The notes below the pieces were generated by a model. The model saw only the letters and a program-made list of their open reading frames with translations. It did no database searches and had not been told where the DNA came from. The position numbers and the translations under genes are program-made. A stretch of DNA of 64,000 bases from Phyllosticta citribraziliensis (taxonomy: Eukaryota): contig NW_027117343.1 of the NCBI RefSeq assembly GCF_038025025.1, positions 1,426,001 to 1,490,000 of the forward strand. The letters run 5' to 3'. Shown piece by piece: positions 1-12,925 of the stretch (positions are counted from its first letter, which is position 1; the number at the start of each line of letters is the position of its first letter).

Positions 1-120
1 CAGCCTCCATCCCCCGGAGCAGCCCGGCCCAACACCTCCTCGGGAAGAAGAAAGAGATGGACACAGACCGTGGCGCGGTACCTAAACAATGAAAGAGAGG
101 CACAGGCTAACACTCCACAG

Positions 121-472
121 CGGTGTCGCCGTCGGCTCCAGCATCGGCCACGCCATCGGCGGCTTCTTTGGCGGCGGCTCGTCCGCACCCGCCGAGGCAG
201 CTCCCCAGGCCCCGGCCGAGGCGTCGTCCAACGCGTACCAGGCACCCAAGGTGTGCGAGACGGACATTACGAACTTCAAGCAGTGCATGGACCAGAACGA
301 GGGCTCGCTGACCATCTGCGGCTGGTACTTGGAGCAGCTGGTAAGTCAGGACCCAAACCGAACCGAATTCCCTGCGAGATCGAAGGGGAAGAATGCTTAT
401 GGCGATTGGAATTGACGCTGACGAACCGTTTGTGAATAGAAAGCGTGCCAGCAGGCTGCTAGCCACTACTAA
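121..472 (+). CDS. MIX17: CHCH-domain mitochondrial protein (Mix17/CHCHD2-like), 3' part; 5' end lies upstream of the window
   Basis: GVAVGSSIGHAIGGFFGGG hydrophobic segment and twin Cx9C (CETDITNFKQC, CGWYLEQLKAC). Intron 341-439 (GTAAGT..TAG); last exon KACQQAASHY*. Confidence 0.88.
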
Positions 473-2560
473 ACCGGCCCCTGCTACGTCGATACTCGAA
501 AGAAAAGCTTAAAAATAACTTTGTTGTACTTCTTCCGAGGACTCGCTTCCTCTCTGCCATTGTCATTGCACTCAACTCTCAACTCTTGAAGTCGGTGGAT
601 GGACGGACGGCTGGCTGGCTGCGCCTAGCATGAATGGCAGCAGCAGCAGCAGCATTAGCAGTAGCAGTTGTAGTAGTCGTCGCAGCACCAGCGGCATATA
701 AACATAATCATCTCTTTCCCATGCCATACAGAGCGAAGAAGAATTGCATCCGTCAACTTTCCATTTCCTCCAAACAAACTCCCCCTGACCTCGTCAATCC
801 CTCAATTTCTCGCTCTTCCCTCCTCCTCTAACCATACCTGCAGGCCCTCTCTCTTTTCCTCCCGCCGCCCGCCCTCCCTGCCTAATGAGCACGACGGCTA
901 CGGCCGGGGGATGCAAGCGCAGTTGCAACAGCTGCCAAACCCCCTCTCCATTTGTCTTCTTTGAGACTAGACTGTGCTTGCCTTGTCGTTATGCCGTCCG
1001 TGTGCTGTCCGGTCTTTGCCACGACTACAACCCAGTCACGTACGCGAGACGTGCGTCGGGGACGCTTGTCCTTTACTGCAGGCTGTGCATGCTGTGAGAT
1101 GTATGGCGAGACGAAGCAGGCACGCACTCACTGTGGCAAGGCGGGCGTTCGAGGAAAGGAGTTGAAGGAGGAAGGGGAAGATGGCAGCGCAACAGAAAAG
1201 ACTGCAAGTGTCTCATCCTAGATTTGAATAGTAGAAGTGGGAGTACTTGTGGTAGTTGCAATAGTAGTTAACTAGCTAAGTAGGTAGGTGGGTAGTGTAG
1301 TGTAGCGTACCCAGCGTAAGGTAGGCAGCAGATACACGTAGTAGTGGCTAAGGTAAAGTAGGTAGGTAGGTAGGAGGTAGAGAAGCCCATATATCCCATA
1401 AAGCAATCACCGTCACACCACGACCACAACCGACGCCTCTCCTTTCCCTTGCCCTCCCTTCCCCCCTCTTCCCCAAGCAAGTAGTCGACGATCAATGCCG
1501 CCCGCCTTTTTCCCTTGCGTCCCGCCCTTCTCCCTCCTCTCCACCACATTCCACGCCGAATCCAAGGGCCGTCATCATCTCGTTCCCATAGCTCGACCAT
1601 GCGCCAAGACGGCAAAGAGGCAGAAGCTGCGTCGAACGCATGCACGCGTTTCCACGTCGGTTGGCCATCTCGCCTCTGCGCTGCTGCACCTCACTGCAAA
1701 CGCCCTTGCTTCCACCCAACCAGGCGCCCAGCGAGACGAGGCAAAAAGGGGAAAGAAAGGGGAAGAAGTAGGAAAAGGAAAAGGAGAAGAAGAAAGCAAG
1801 TTGGCTGACTGGTGCGCTACAACGCTAGCTATGCGAAGAGCCAAATAGGAGGCGTCGTCGTCGTCGGAAAAGAATAAAAAATGATGATGAGGAAGTAGAT
1901 GATGAGCCGATGATGATGCCGATTCATACAAGCCATGAAGCGAAACGAAAGAGAAAGAAAAAGAAAAGAATTAAGTCATGAATCCCACTTGCGCCGCGCC
2001 TGTGGTGACTGACCTAACCGAGTCGATCAAGAACTACAACCGAGGGGGCGACATTAACATGGAGGGAAAGAACAGGAAACCGAAATGAAAAGAAAAAATC
2101 TCTCGCGTTCCATCAGTAATCCATTTGGAGAGGAAGCTTTCCAGGCCGACTACAGTAGTGGCAGCAGCAGAAGTAGCATGATTCATGAATGATAAGCAAA
2201 GAATGAGAAAAGAATACGCCAGGTAATTTTTGCTTGCAAGTTAATGGGGGCACCCTGAGGCAAATGGTCTTTCTTGCGTGAACAACGTGCAGATGATGAG
2301 AGAGTAGTAGAGAAACGAGTTTCGTTCGTGACGGGGCATGATGCTAAGACATGATGTTGTGGGTAAGATGAGGACGGAAAAGAGACCTTCCGATACCGAC
2401 TGTCTGAATATCTCGCCAGGTCGATTGGATCGATCGGGTGCTGATTTCAGACAGACTGCAAACTATGGAGGTGGTTAACGAGATTCATTCGGATCATGAG
2501 TCGTTAAAAATGTCGGGCTGATTGAAAGAGCGAGCTTTCCCTGCCGGGATTTGGCCGTGG

Positions 2561-4421
2561 CTATTGCGATGTTGATTTGTGACGCGAGCGAGGGTGGGAG
2601 CCGTAGTCGGCGGCATCCGGCGTCCACTCTTCGGGTTGAAAGTCGGGGTTCAGGAAGTGGGCGGTGTTGTAACAGGAACTGATCAGTCAGTAAAGCGCCA
2701 CGGTTGCATTGTTTCAAACTCACTTTTTGAATATTGGCGTCTGGAGAGTGGCAGCATGAGTCGGTGCCGGTGCAAAATCCTGTGCCAGCTCGTAGACCGA
2801 CGGCCGCAATCGAAACGGCTCATCGCGCGCCATGGGGCCAGATGTGTTGACAGGCAGACCCACGCGATTGTCCATTGGTAGGCTTGGTGCAACGTAGTCG
2901 TGGTTTGCGTGTGTCACGGGCAATGGCGCGTACATTGGCTGTGGCTGCGGCTGGACCGGAGGAGGCGCACTTTGAGGAAACCCATATGGGTCAGACAGGT
3001 AACTCGGTTGCTCGAGCGGCGGTGCCAGCGTTGTGGGACCCATTCCTGGAATGTACGCTAGCACATCGGAGAATCCTCTGTTAATGTACACAGAGTCCTC
3101 GGAGAGATGGGGCGCCAGATTCACCGCCACTTGGTTACCCATGGACGAAGCGACGACTGGCGGTGGCAAATCCTCTGGTTTGTAGAGAATGTCGTAGTGG
3201 CCACTGCAACAAGTCAGCATGGCCCGAAAACATAGGCAGGGTAAGCTTACGGTCGGTAAAGAAGACGAATAGTTGGAGGGTTCAAGACTGGCAGGTCATC
3301 TGGCCCAGAGACATCGAATTCGTACGTCGTCACTTCGTCGCCATCGCTCCTGTCGAGGTAGAGCGCTTCCAACGCAATAGTCGCCGGGCGTAGAAGGACT
3401 TGAAAGAGGGCGGTCAGGCTGACATGTTCAATTTCGCAAACGGCCGCCTCGACAGAGCTAGAGCAATACTGCCGAATGTCCTGGCCAAGGAGGTAGGGCT
3501 CGAAATCAGCCGCATGAGTCCTGATCCAAGCACTCGTCAAGAGCTACCAAAGTTAGTTTTGGCCGTGAACGTCAGGTTGTGCGCTTACCTTGAGGTGGGT
3601 GATGATGCTCTGCGACACAATCTCGTCGTTGAAGGCATCAATCAAAACCGAGTCGTCGGTGGAGTGAGCATTGGACGACAACTTGCGCAGTAGAGCAAAG
3701 GTCTCCTCTGCAAAGTCCTCGTACATGTCCGCCTGGAAGCCGACCTGGTTGAGCAGGTTTGCCAGCGACCTCAACCTGCTTTGCTCCTCGAGAAACTTTG
3801 TACGGTCGCCGAGACGTTGGAGCACTTCAAAGTAGCCAAAGGCAATCGCTGCACGAGTTAGTGGGAGCTGGTGGTGGTGCGGATCGCGTGCGTACCTCTC
3901 CATCCGCAGTGTCCATCGCCGCGACAGGCCCGGTATTGCGAGTACTTGAAGGGGAGATTCTGGTTTGGTCAGTGTATGCAGAGAAAAGGAACGAAAATGA
4001 CTGACCTGGGTCTTTGCGCGATAGATGGGGTCGCTGTTGGCGTACTCTTGGGCAATGGCCGAGGTCGACTGTCTTGGGCCGACCAGCGGTCCCTTGGTTG
4101 ATCAGCACGCGTCGGTCGCGCGGCGGGGCGAGCTAGACTTACAGAGAGCTCGGGCTGGTACTCGTCGGACAGCTTTTGCAGCTGGGCAAAGTCGTCGTCT
4201 TGTTGCATGGCGTAGGTCATCCTTCCAGTTGGGGCTGGTGCGGGCGGGCGAGGAGGCAGAGGCGATGGGGTGTAGCTGGCGGGAAGCTCCGCAGAGCGAT
4301 GGGGGAGCTGAAATTGGTGCCTGTACGACGAGAGCGTCGACAAGCAAGGGAGGGCCGGGTCATGGAATGAGTGCGAAGGATATGGGTGAAAGTTGGGGGA
4401 CAGCATCGGTTGGCGGTCCAT
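2561..4421 (-). CDS. Otubain-like deubiquitinase (peptidase C65), multi-exon; start may instead be ATG 4220
   Basis: Spliced catalytic motif YRACRGDGHCGWRAIAFGYFE, LLYRPGHYDILY His motif, and C-terminal YNTAHFLNPDFQPEEW. Confidence 0.88.
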
Positions 4422-5374
4422 GGCCGCTCGCTCGCTAGCGGAGGCAGGGCCGTCAAGTGGCAGCGGTGGGCGGGCGGGACTGGTGAGAGGCGGCGCGACT
4501 CGACAATGGTGTTGACGGCGACGACGGAACTCGGAGCAGCAGCAGTCGATCAGATCGGATCAGCAGGAGAGGAGATGTGTAGGTGGCAGCTTGCGAGAGG
4601 TCCCGAGGGCTTTAGTAGACGCAGAGAGGCGGGCCGGCGGTTGCAGCGACGACGACGTCGTTGTGATACACAGCGCTTTTGCCAGGGGCAGAGGCAATAT
4701 ATCAAGGAAGGGGGCTTGTAGAAATGCCATGGACTATGCTGCCAGGTACCAAAGCGCTCTGCAACACATTTGCGCAGACGGTTTGAAACGGCGAGCCTCT
4801 CCGTAGCACTTGTGGACGCTATGAATGGGATAGGCATTAAAGAAGGTCTGTCGGCCAGGCATGCAGCGCGAGCGATGCGGCAGCCAGGTAAGACAGCAAA
4901 AGTCCTGTCATGCGTCGTCTCCTCACGTCTCCCGAACATGGCCTCCATGATGCCAACGTGCAGTCGTCGTCGACGCTGCTCTGGTCTGGTGGCCCGGGGC
5001 CGACGCAGCACAACACCACAAACACGACCAAAATAAAAGTGAGCTGTAACATGCAATAGTCTCTGTCACGCCTGGGCTTGCAGCTCTGCTCCTGACTGAT
5101 TGGTGGCCTCAAAGGTACGCGCCCGCCCCGCTGGTCGACTGCATCGTGTCATGTACCAGAGCCCGGTTGGTCCAAGGCGACACGATGCGATCCCTCGGTA
5201 TAAAAAGAAAAACAAACCTCCTCCACGCCTCCTGGTGCCACCAGCCCTCGCCCGGCCCCGATCTTGCAGCACCCAAAAGCAACTGCCCTTCCCTGATGAC
5301 CTGGGGCAGCAAGAACTCATGAGGTTTCAGCCTTTGCCTCTCACAAGGGCTTGCAGCCCACCGCCTGCAAGTCA

Positions 5375-7104
5375 TTACCTCAACCCAGCTCCCGGCAGTC
5401 TTCCCGAGAAACCCTTGCCCTTGGTTCCGCTCCTGACCTTTGCCTGCCGTCCTCCACCCTCCGATAGGCCCTGTGCCGCCTGGAACTGAGAAGCTTCTTC
5501 CGAACGGAAGCCCTCTCCTTCGTTGAGCACACTCGCCCACAGCGACCCTATCGCCGCCGTCCACTCCTGCACCGCATGCACCCGATCCCTGTCCGTGCTA
5601 CTCTCCATCTCCACCGTCCCCTTTTGTTGGTTGATCTTCCCGCGCAGCTTCTTGTCCACGATAAGGAAGCTGACAATGTCTTGCACCTCCGGAAGCGAGA
5701 TTTTGAGCTGCCGTGAGATGAAACTGAGCGTGAACCGCGTGTACGGTGCAATCAGCTTCAGTACCGCCTTGGTGCGCATGTTGCGCGTCACTTCGTCAAT
5801 GTTTTCGGCAATGAACGGATCTGCAAGGAGCTCCTTGTTGTTTTGCAGCACCTTTTCGTACCCGTGGATGTCGTCGCGCTGGAACGCGTCCACCAGGTCC
5901 GTCATGGCCGCGATCCGCGGGTCGTTCTTGTACGGCTTGGTCTCCTGCGAGTCGAACGGGTTGATGTCTGACTTCATGAGCATCGTCGTCAGCACCAGGT
6001 ACTTGAGCACCTGGATCCGCTGCAGCGAGCCCGCCTCGTCGTAGTTGCGGAAGCTCTCGAAAAAGTCGCTCTGTGCCTCCTTCCAATTCTCTGTCCCGTC
6101 GTTAGAACCGCTCACCGCTCGTCAAAAGCAAAAACGAGGAAACCTGCCGCACCTTCGCTCATGTGCATCTTTCCTCCACACTCCCGGATAATGCCCATGA
6201 TCTTGGGATGTGGAACAGCTGATCGGACCTTGAGCGCGCGCTGATAAAGAGCCTGATTCGCTGTCAGCAATGCACTTGCCGCACACGCATGACACAAACC
6301 TTGAGCCGCTTGTTGTTCCTGGTTTCCGCGTACATGAGAATCTCGAGCGAGTACACCTCGAGCGAATAGGTGCCTTTGCTGGGATCATCCGTTCCATCCT
6401 CCCTCTGGCATGCCTTGTGTAGCTCCCGCAGCTTGTCGGTGAGCTGTCGGTAGTCCTTGCGCTCCAGCCACAACTTTGCCAGCTTGATGTTGGTCTTGAG
6501 CCACAGCCGCTCATTGTTGGTGCTCTGGAAGGAGTCTAGCGTGAGCGCATAAAACTTCTCCATGCACTGGTAGGCCTCATCATCCTCGGCCGCCTTTTCG
6601 ATGAAGTCGAGCATGTTGTTTATTGATTTTTCCGAGTAGTTTCGCGTGACGGCCGACTTGACGTAGGTGAGAAGCTCCTGGTAATGCTCCACCGCCTGCA
6701 AAGGGGTCAGTAATGATGCAATCGAGGAGCGCATTGGGACATTTGCCTGGGAATATCTGCCCAGCTTGAATTCCAGCTTGATGGCCTGTTTGAGACCCTT
6801 GAAGCCCCTAGAATCTCTCAGCAACCGTCCATTCAGGCCGACAGAGCGCCATGTACCAGTCGCCTTTCTCGCTCTCCAGCGCGGGTACACCGAGGAATTC
6901 GTCGATAGCATCCTCGGGGTTGTCTCCCTTCATTTGTTTTGCGCCATAGTATCTGTTTTCAATGTCGACATCGCCCGTTTGCTCGTCATCGTCGTCTTCG
7001 TATTCAAAGTCGTAGCTGAGCAGGTCAGTCAAGCTCATGTCAACAGTCCGCGGAGCTCACTCTTCCTGCTCCGACTCTTGCATGAAATCGTCGTCGGAAG
7101 ACAT
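5375..7104 (-). CDS. CSN2: COP9 signalosome subunit 2 (PCI domain)
   Basis: [75 protein letters not shown]. Five introns, including GC-AG 6696-6746. Confidence 0.95.
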
Positions 7105-7521
7105 GATGGCGGCGCACTCAGGGAGCGACGACGTGAAACAGTCTGAGAGGATTGGTTCACCCGACAATGCAAAACCAGAGAGGGCGGTGATTGTAAGGCG
7201 AGTTGAGTGATGCAGTAAATGGTTGGACGTCAGTGGCATGGTGCCAAAGTCATGGCCGCCGGGCCCTGATGGCGGGGCTTTTGCGGGCCGGTGGGTCGTG
7301 CACTCGCAACCGAAAGGCGGTGACCTGTTTGCGCTAGCCACCTCCGACTGACTCTCACCTCCGAGCCTCTCGCCGCACTCGACTGCATCTGCAGACACCA
7401 ACTGTAGACACCAACTGTTTACACCTTCAAGCTTCACGTCACGGAGACCGACGAGAACAAGGGCCCGCAGCCTTCACCCCCACCACCGCCCGTTTACAAC
7501 CCTGCCTAAGCAACCGCCAAT

Positions 7522-8794
7522 ATGGGAGGAGATCTCAACTTGAAAAAGAGCTGGCATCCGCTCTTGATGAGCAACCAGCGTCGAGTATGGGGTAAGTGGA
7601 CTCTCTGCTAGCTTGGAGTCTCGTCTAACTTTGTCCAGAGGAAGAAAAAAAGGCGCTCGAGGAGCGCAAGCGCATCGACCAAATGAAGAAGGAGCGCGAA
7701 GAAGAACGCGCTATTCAGGAGCTCCAACAAATGCAAGAGTCGGCTGGAGGACAAAAGAGGCTAAATCGCGTAGACTGGATGTGAGTGGTTCTTGGAGATG
7801 TAGAAGGAACGTGCTAACAGGCTCGCAGGTATTCCGGCCCATCAAGCGGACAGACTGGTACTACCGAGGAACTCGAAGGCTATCTCCTGGGCAAGGTACG
7901 AAATGCCCTCTCCCCTGAGCATATGGAGGCTGACTGTCGCAGCGTCGCATCGACAATCTCGTCAAGAACGAAGAAAACAAGAAGCTGGAAAAGAGCGCAG
8001 GCGAAGAGTCATTCTTGACGACACAAAATGCGAATACGGCGCGGGACGTGACATCAAAACTTCGCGATGACCCAATGGCGGCTATCAGGAAGCAAGAGCA
8101 GGCGACACTGGAATCCATGATGAATGATCCCGTGCGGCGTAGGCAGCTCCTTCAAGCTTCATCCGGAACTGGAGAAGGCGAACGCCGAAAGCGACGACAC
8201 CGACACCACGACGACGACAGCCACCGGAGAAGACGTTCTCGCTCAGCGGAAGGGGAACGTCGGAGGCGCCATCGGCATCGAGACGACGACTACCGACGCC
8301 GAGAGCGCTCAATCTCGGCTGAAGGCGATCGCAAGAGACGTTATCACGACGACAACTACCATCGCCGAAGACGCTCAGTCTCCGAGGAAGACCGGCGACG
8401 GAATCGCAGGGAATTGGACGATCCTAGAAGACGCTCAGATTCGTTCGGTGGCGACAGGCGACATGACCGACGTGAAGACTCTTGGAGGACCAAATCAACA
8501 GAGCACAAGCCCCGCAGGTCTCGGTCTCCGCCGCGCCGGCAAGACGAAGATGATGCACGCGCGAGGAAGCTAGCGGCAATGCAGTCCAGTGCGTCACAGC
8601 TAGAGGAAGATCGCAAGGCGAGACTCGCGGCCATCGAGGCGCAGGAGCAAAGGGCACGCGAGGAAGAGGACAAGCGGAGGTCCGAAAAGGGCAGATTCAT
8701 CTCTGGAGTACACCGACAGGCCGGCGAGCAGATTGGACTGGGCGATCGGCTGAAGAGGTCGCGCGGAGGACTGGAGAAACTCGAAGCATTGTGA
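7522..8794 (+). CDS. CWC25: Pre-mRNA splicing factor Cwc25
   Basis: N-terminus [53 protein letters not shown]-rich tail; 3 introns. Confidence 0.93.
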
Positions 8795-9276
8795 TGCAGT
8801 GGTCTTGCAGGACAATAGCGTTTAGTCATAGTAGTGTGGTATTGATGGTTTGGGATGGCGGCCCTTGTCAGCAGCAGTCGGGTAAGCCACCATGGTCGCT
8901 AAATTAGGCTTCGGGCGGATCTCACTGAGAAGATCTCCATCACAGCGACTGGCTCCAGCGCACCGTGGTGGCCTCTGCGTTGTTCCGAACAGCCCCCTCC
9001 CATCTCAACTCCGGCCTTCTCTTTGCTCGAAATTGTAACTTTTCCACCTCACTCTCGCAAGCCGTGCCTGCCAGGTGAGGTGCGTTGCCTGGACCGCCCC
9101 CGCCGACCGTCTGACCCTGATCCTGACCTTGACCCTGACCGCGCTCGACCTCGCCCTCGACCCTCTGCTCCGACCGCAACCACTCCTCTCCGACCGCGCC
9201 AGGCGCTCGCCTTATGCCCTTGCGACTCCCTACTGTCCGCAAACTTGTCCGCTGATCCGCCGAGCGCCTCAACACC

Positions 9277-10310
9277 ATGCCTCTCTGTGGTGGCACCAAG
9301 ACGGTGCAGCGGAAGCTCGTGCTTCTGTACGTATAACTGGGACTGGTTCGAGCTTTGGCCGGCACGCGCATCAACACAGGAGACTGATTCAGGACAACAG
9401 CGGCGACGGCGCCTGTGGAAAGACGTCGCTGCTCAACGTCTTCACGCGAGGGTAAGCGATCATGACGATTCGTGTAGGAGCGTATGCTGACGGCTGTGCC
9501 CAGATACTTCCCCACCGTCTAGTGAGTCTCGACGCCCCGGAGCCGTGGTCTGCCTTCACTGACATGTATATGGAAAAGCGAACCAACGGTTTTTGGTGAG
9601 TCGCAGCTGCGCACAAGCACCGAGTTGATGGTATGCTGACATTGCCTAGAAAACTACGTACACGGTACCAAGCCTCCTTGATGGCGCAGCGCTGCGTGCC
9701 AATGCCATGGCCCCTCCTTCGCCCCCACGTATTGACGTCTCGCTCCAGACATCTTCATCGACAATGTCCACGTCGAGCTCAGTCTCTGGGACACGGCCGG
9801 TCAAGAGGAATTCGACAGGCTGCGCTCCCTCTCTTACGATGACACGCACGCCATAATGCTCTGCTTCAGCGTACAATCTTTCTTCCCTACATGGAGCGCG
9901 GCCTAACGTTTCTAGGTCGACTCGCCCGACTCGCTGGAAAACGTCGAGACCAAGTGGGTGGGCGAAATCGCCGAAAACTGCCCTGGAGTCAAGCTCGTGC
10001 TCGTCGCGCTCAAGTGCGATCTCCGCGAAGGAAACGACGACGAAGACGGCGCGCAACAAGGCGAAAAGTCGCTCATAGACTACGAGCAAGGCCTCCAGGT
10101 GGCCGAGAAAATTCGCGCCCTCAGATATCTGGGTACGTTGTGGCAGCCTGGTTTCGAGGCCATCTCGACGTCAGGTCACGTGGCTGACGATTGATAGAAT
10201 GCTCCGCCATGAAGAACCGCGGCGTCAACGAAGCCTTTACAGAGGCGGCCCGAGTGGCCCTCTCCGTCAAGTCGTCCAAGGATACTGACAAAAAGTGCGT
10301 GGTAATGTAG
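9277..10310 (+). CDS. RHO3: Rho3 small GTPase, 8 exons
   Basis: [81 protein letters not shown]-terminal CAAX CVVM. Confidence 0.95.
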
Positions 10311-10895
10311 CAGGTCACACAGATTGACACTCGGGGTGGATTTCATTCTCAGCAAATACCTTGAGCGGGCTCGTCGGAGTTGAAGGCGCGTCATGATATC
10401 ACCCGTTCATTCTTGGTTTTTGGACAGCGAGGCGGATGCGCTGCGGCTCCACGGTGGGAGCATTTCTGCATATGGGCATTCGGAGGAGGATTGGTTTGTC
10501 TCCCTTTCCTCCATACTCACTTTCTTCGCGTTCTTTTGAGCTCGTCTCACTGGCTGCGTATAAACGACTTCATTGTACATAGAATGAATTTCGTTGCTTC
10601 CAATCCGATCTGCATAAAGGGTATCTGTCTCGGGATTGCGCAGGTCTTGGGATTCTGACAATGCAGCGCCTGGAGATTGGCACGCGGGAAGTACTGATTC
10701 ACAAGCTGAGACTGCAGGTCCCCCGCCAGTCGAATCCGTCCCAAGCAGTCTTTGTAGAGAAAATCCCATGAATTTTTAGGACTGAAGCAACATGTCCCTA
10801 ACTTGACAGCGCCAGAGCTGTACCCGACCTTGCAACCAATCCCAAGCACCACCTCCGGAAAAAAGCACCCCGCTCCAGTTTTTCTGATTCGTTGC

Positions 10896-11488
10896 TTAGA
10901 TGTGGGTGTCGTAAGGAATGGGGGTGATGGTCTCGGGGATGTTGTCCTTCATGGTGACGGTGCGAGCATTCCTGGGCTGGACGGGCTGGCGCTTGAGCTG
11001 GACGCTCTTGCCCTCGGCCTTGGCGGCGCGCCTCTTGGCGGCGTTGTCCTTGACGCGCTGGAGGAACTCGTCGCGGGAGCGCGAGTGGTTGACGTGCTCG
11101 ACGCGGAGGTTGACGCGCTTCTCGATGTACCTGTTGCCGACCTGCTTGTAGAGGATGACGCCGACGGCCGACTTGGTCACGTTGTAGATGACGCCCGTCT
11201 TGCCGTGGAAGTCCTTGTGGGGCATGCTGTGGGAGGTGTCAGGACTGCTGTAGCGTGCGTTTTGCGGGTGTTGAGGCGCGGACTGACCCCTTCTGGACGG
11301 CACCGTTGGCAACGACATCGACAATGTCACCGACCCTGCAAATCTGTCAGACGTTGTCGATTTTGCAGCGGTTTGGCGGCTCACTTGTAGTTGCGGAGGT
11401 AGGTGGACAGAGGGATGGCGCCGTGGTTCTTGAAGCCCCGGCTAAAGGCGTATCTGGTGCCAGCGCGGAGACCTGCGGAGTGACCCAT
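10896..11488 (-). CDS. RPL21: 60S ribosomal protein L21 (eL21)
   Basis: [45 protein letters not shown]; 2 introns. Confidence 0.97.
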
Positions 11489-11747
11489 TGCGAAGGTTGT
11501 AGAGGGCGAGAGGTGACGGGGTCGGGGGGGATTTTCTCAGAGTCGTCGTCGTCGCTGCGGAACGGGGTCGTCGTGGTGTTCAAAATTCCCACGGTGGCTC
11601 CCGCCGCCCTCGGCGACTGGTTTACCCGACAAGCGACGCACGGACCGTTCTCCCACAACACGCAAAAGCTCCAACCCCATCTCCCTCTGTCCATCTTTTG
11701 CTTCCGCCCGACGACGACACGACACCTCCACCGACCATCTCGACGCC
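11489..11747. promoter_or_regulatory. Bidirectional promoter/5'UTR region shared by RPL21 and RPS9
   Basis: Head-to-head start codons 259 bp apart. Confidence 0.7.
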
Positions 11748-12536
11748 ATGGCCCCTAGGAGTTACTCCAAGACCTACAAGGTCCCGCGTCGTCCTTTCGA
11801 GTCCGCTCGTCTGTACGTCCACCTCTCTCGCGGCCACTGAGCATGAGCTTGCTTCTCTGCTTACGTCGGTGAGAACCCTCGTCTGATGATTTGCGACCAA
11901 CAGGGACTCCGAATTGAAGATTGTCGGCGAGTATGGCCTCCGCAACAAGCGCGAGGTCTGGCGTGTCCAGCTCACCCTCTCCAAGATCCGTCGTGCTGCC
12001 CGGTAAGTTTGCGCTGTGCGGCCCACAATTTTTGGCCGTTGCTAACGCACGCGACAGTCAGCTCTTGACCCTCGACGAGAAGGACCCCAAGCGTCTCTTC
12101 GAAGGCAACGCCCTCATCCGCCGTCTCGTGCGCGTCGGTGTCCTCGACGAGTCCCGCATGAAGCTCGATTACGTCCTGGCCCTCAAGGTTGAGGACTTCT
12201 TGGAGCGTCGTCTCCAGACTTGCGTCTACAAGCTCGGCCTCGCCAAGTCCATCCACCACGCCCGTGTCCTCATCAAGCAGAGGCACATCCGGTACGCGAC
12301 AACCTGAAGATTTGGACTTTTGGTCCCAATGGCAGTTTACTGACCTCTTCCACAGTGTCGGCAAGCAGATCGTCAACGTCCCCTCGTTCGTTGTCCGTCT
12401 CGACTCCCAGAAGCACATCGACTTCGCCCTCACCTCGCCGTTTGGCGGTGGACGCCCCGGCCGCGTCAGGAGAAAGAAGGCCAAGGCCGCCGAGTCCAAG
12501 GGCGAGGACGGCGCCGAGGAGGAGGACGAGGAGTAG
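11748..12536 (+). CDS. RPS9: 40S ribosomal protein S9 (uS4)
   Basis: [65 protein letters not shown]; 3 introns. Confidence 0.97.
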
Positions 12537-12925
12537 ATCCAGCAAGCAACAGCGTTGCGATGATGGTCCGGTTGTCCAGCACCACGACTCGGGGTTAGGG
12601 AGGTTAAAAATTACACCGGCGGCGCGTGGTGGGCTTCTTTTCCCAAATACCTATGCCCGCCGCCAGCGGCTCATTTCGAATAGGCGACGCAATCAAAAGT
12701 GGCCCGTTATCCGTCTGGTCGTGTCGTGGACATGTTCGTTTTCAAGTCTACCGTGCCTCGTTCGAGAGTAGTTTTCAAGTCATGAAGTCACGATCGTATT
12801 CCGTTTGCGCTCCCGATGCTTTTGTTTGATATCGGACTCCACATGCTGGGTCCGCCCAGCAAGAAAGTCACATCAGTCACCCCTCCGCCAAAGCAGCTCC
12901 GACCTACCCTTGCCTCCAATGCCGC

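Noticed and set aside
885..1221. Cys-rich short ORFs suggesting a zinc finger or metallothionein
   Set aside because: Cysteines are spread over different frames with no clear splice model or family motif; cannot be supported.
12592..12600. GGGTTAGGG as a telomerase RNA template or telomeric seed
   Set aside because: Only 1.5 units, in the RPS9 3'UTR; a template-strand transcript would run antisense through RPS9.
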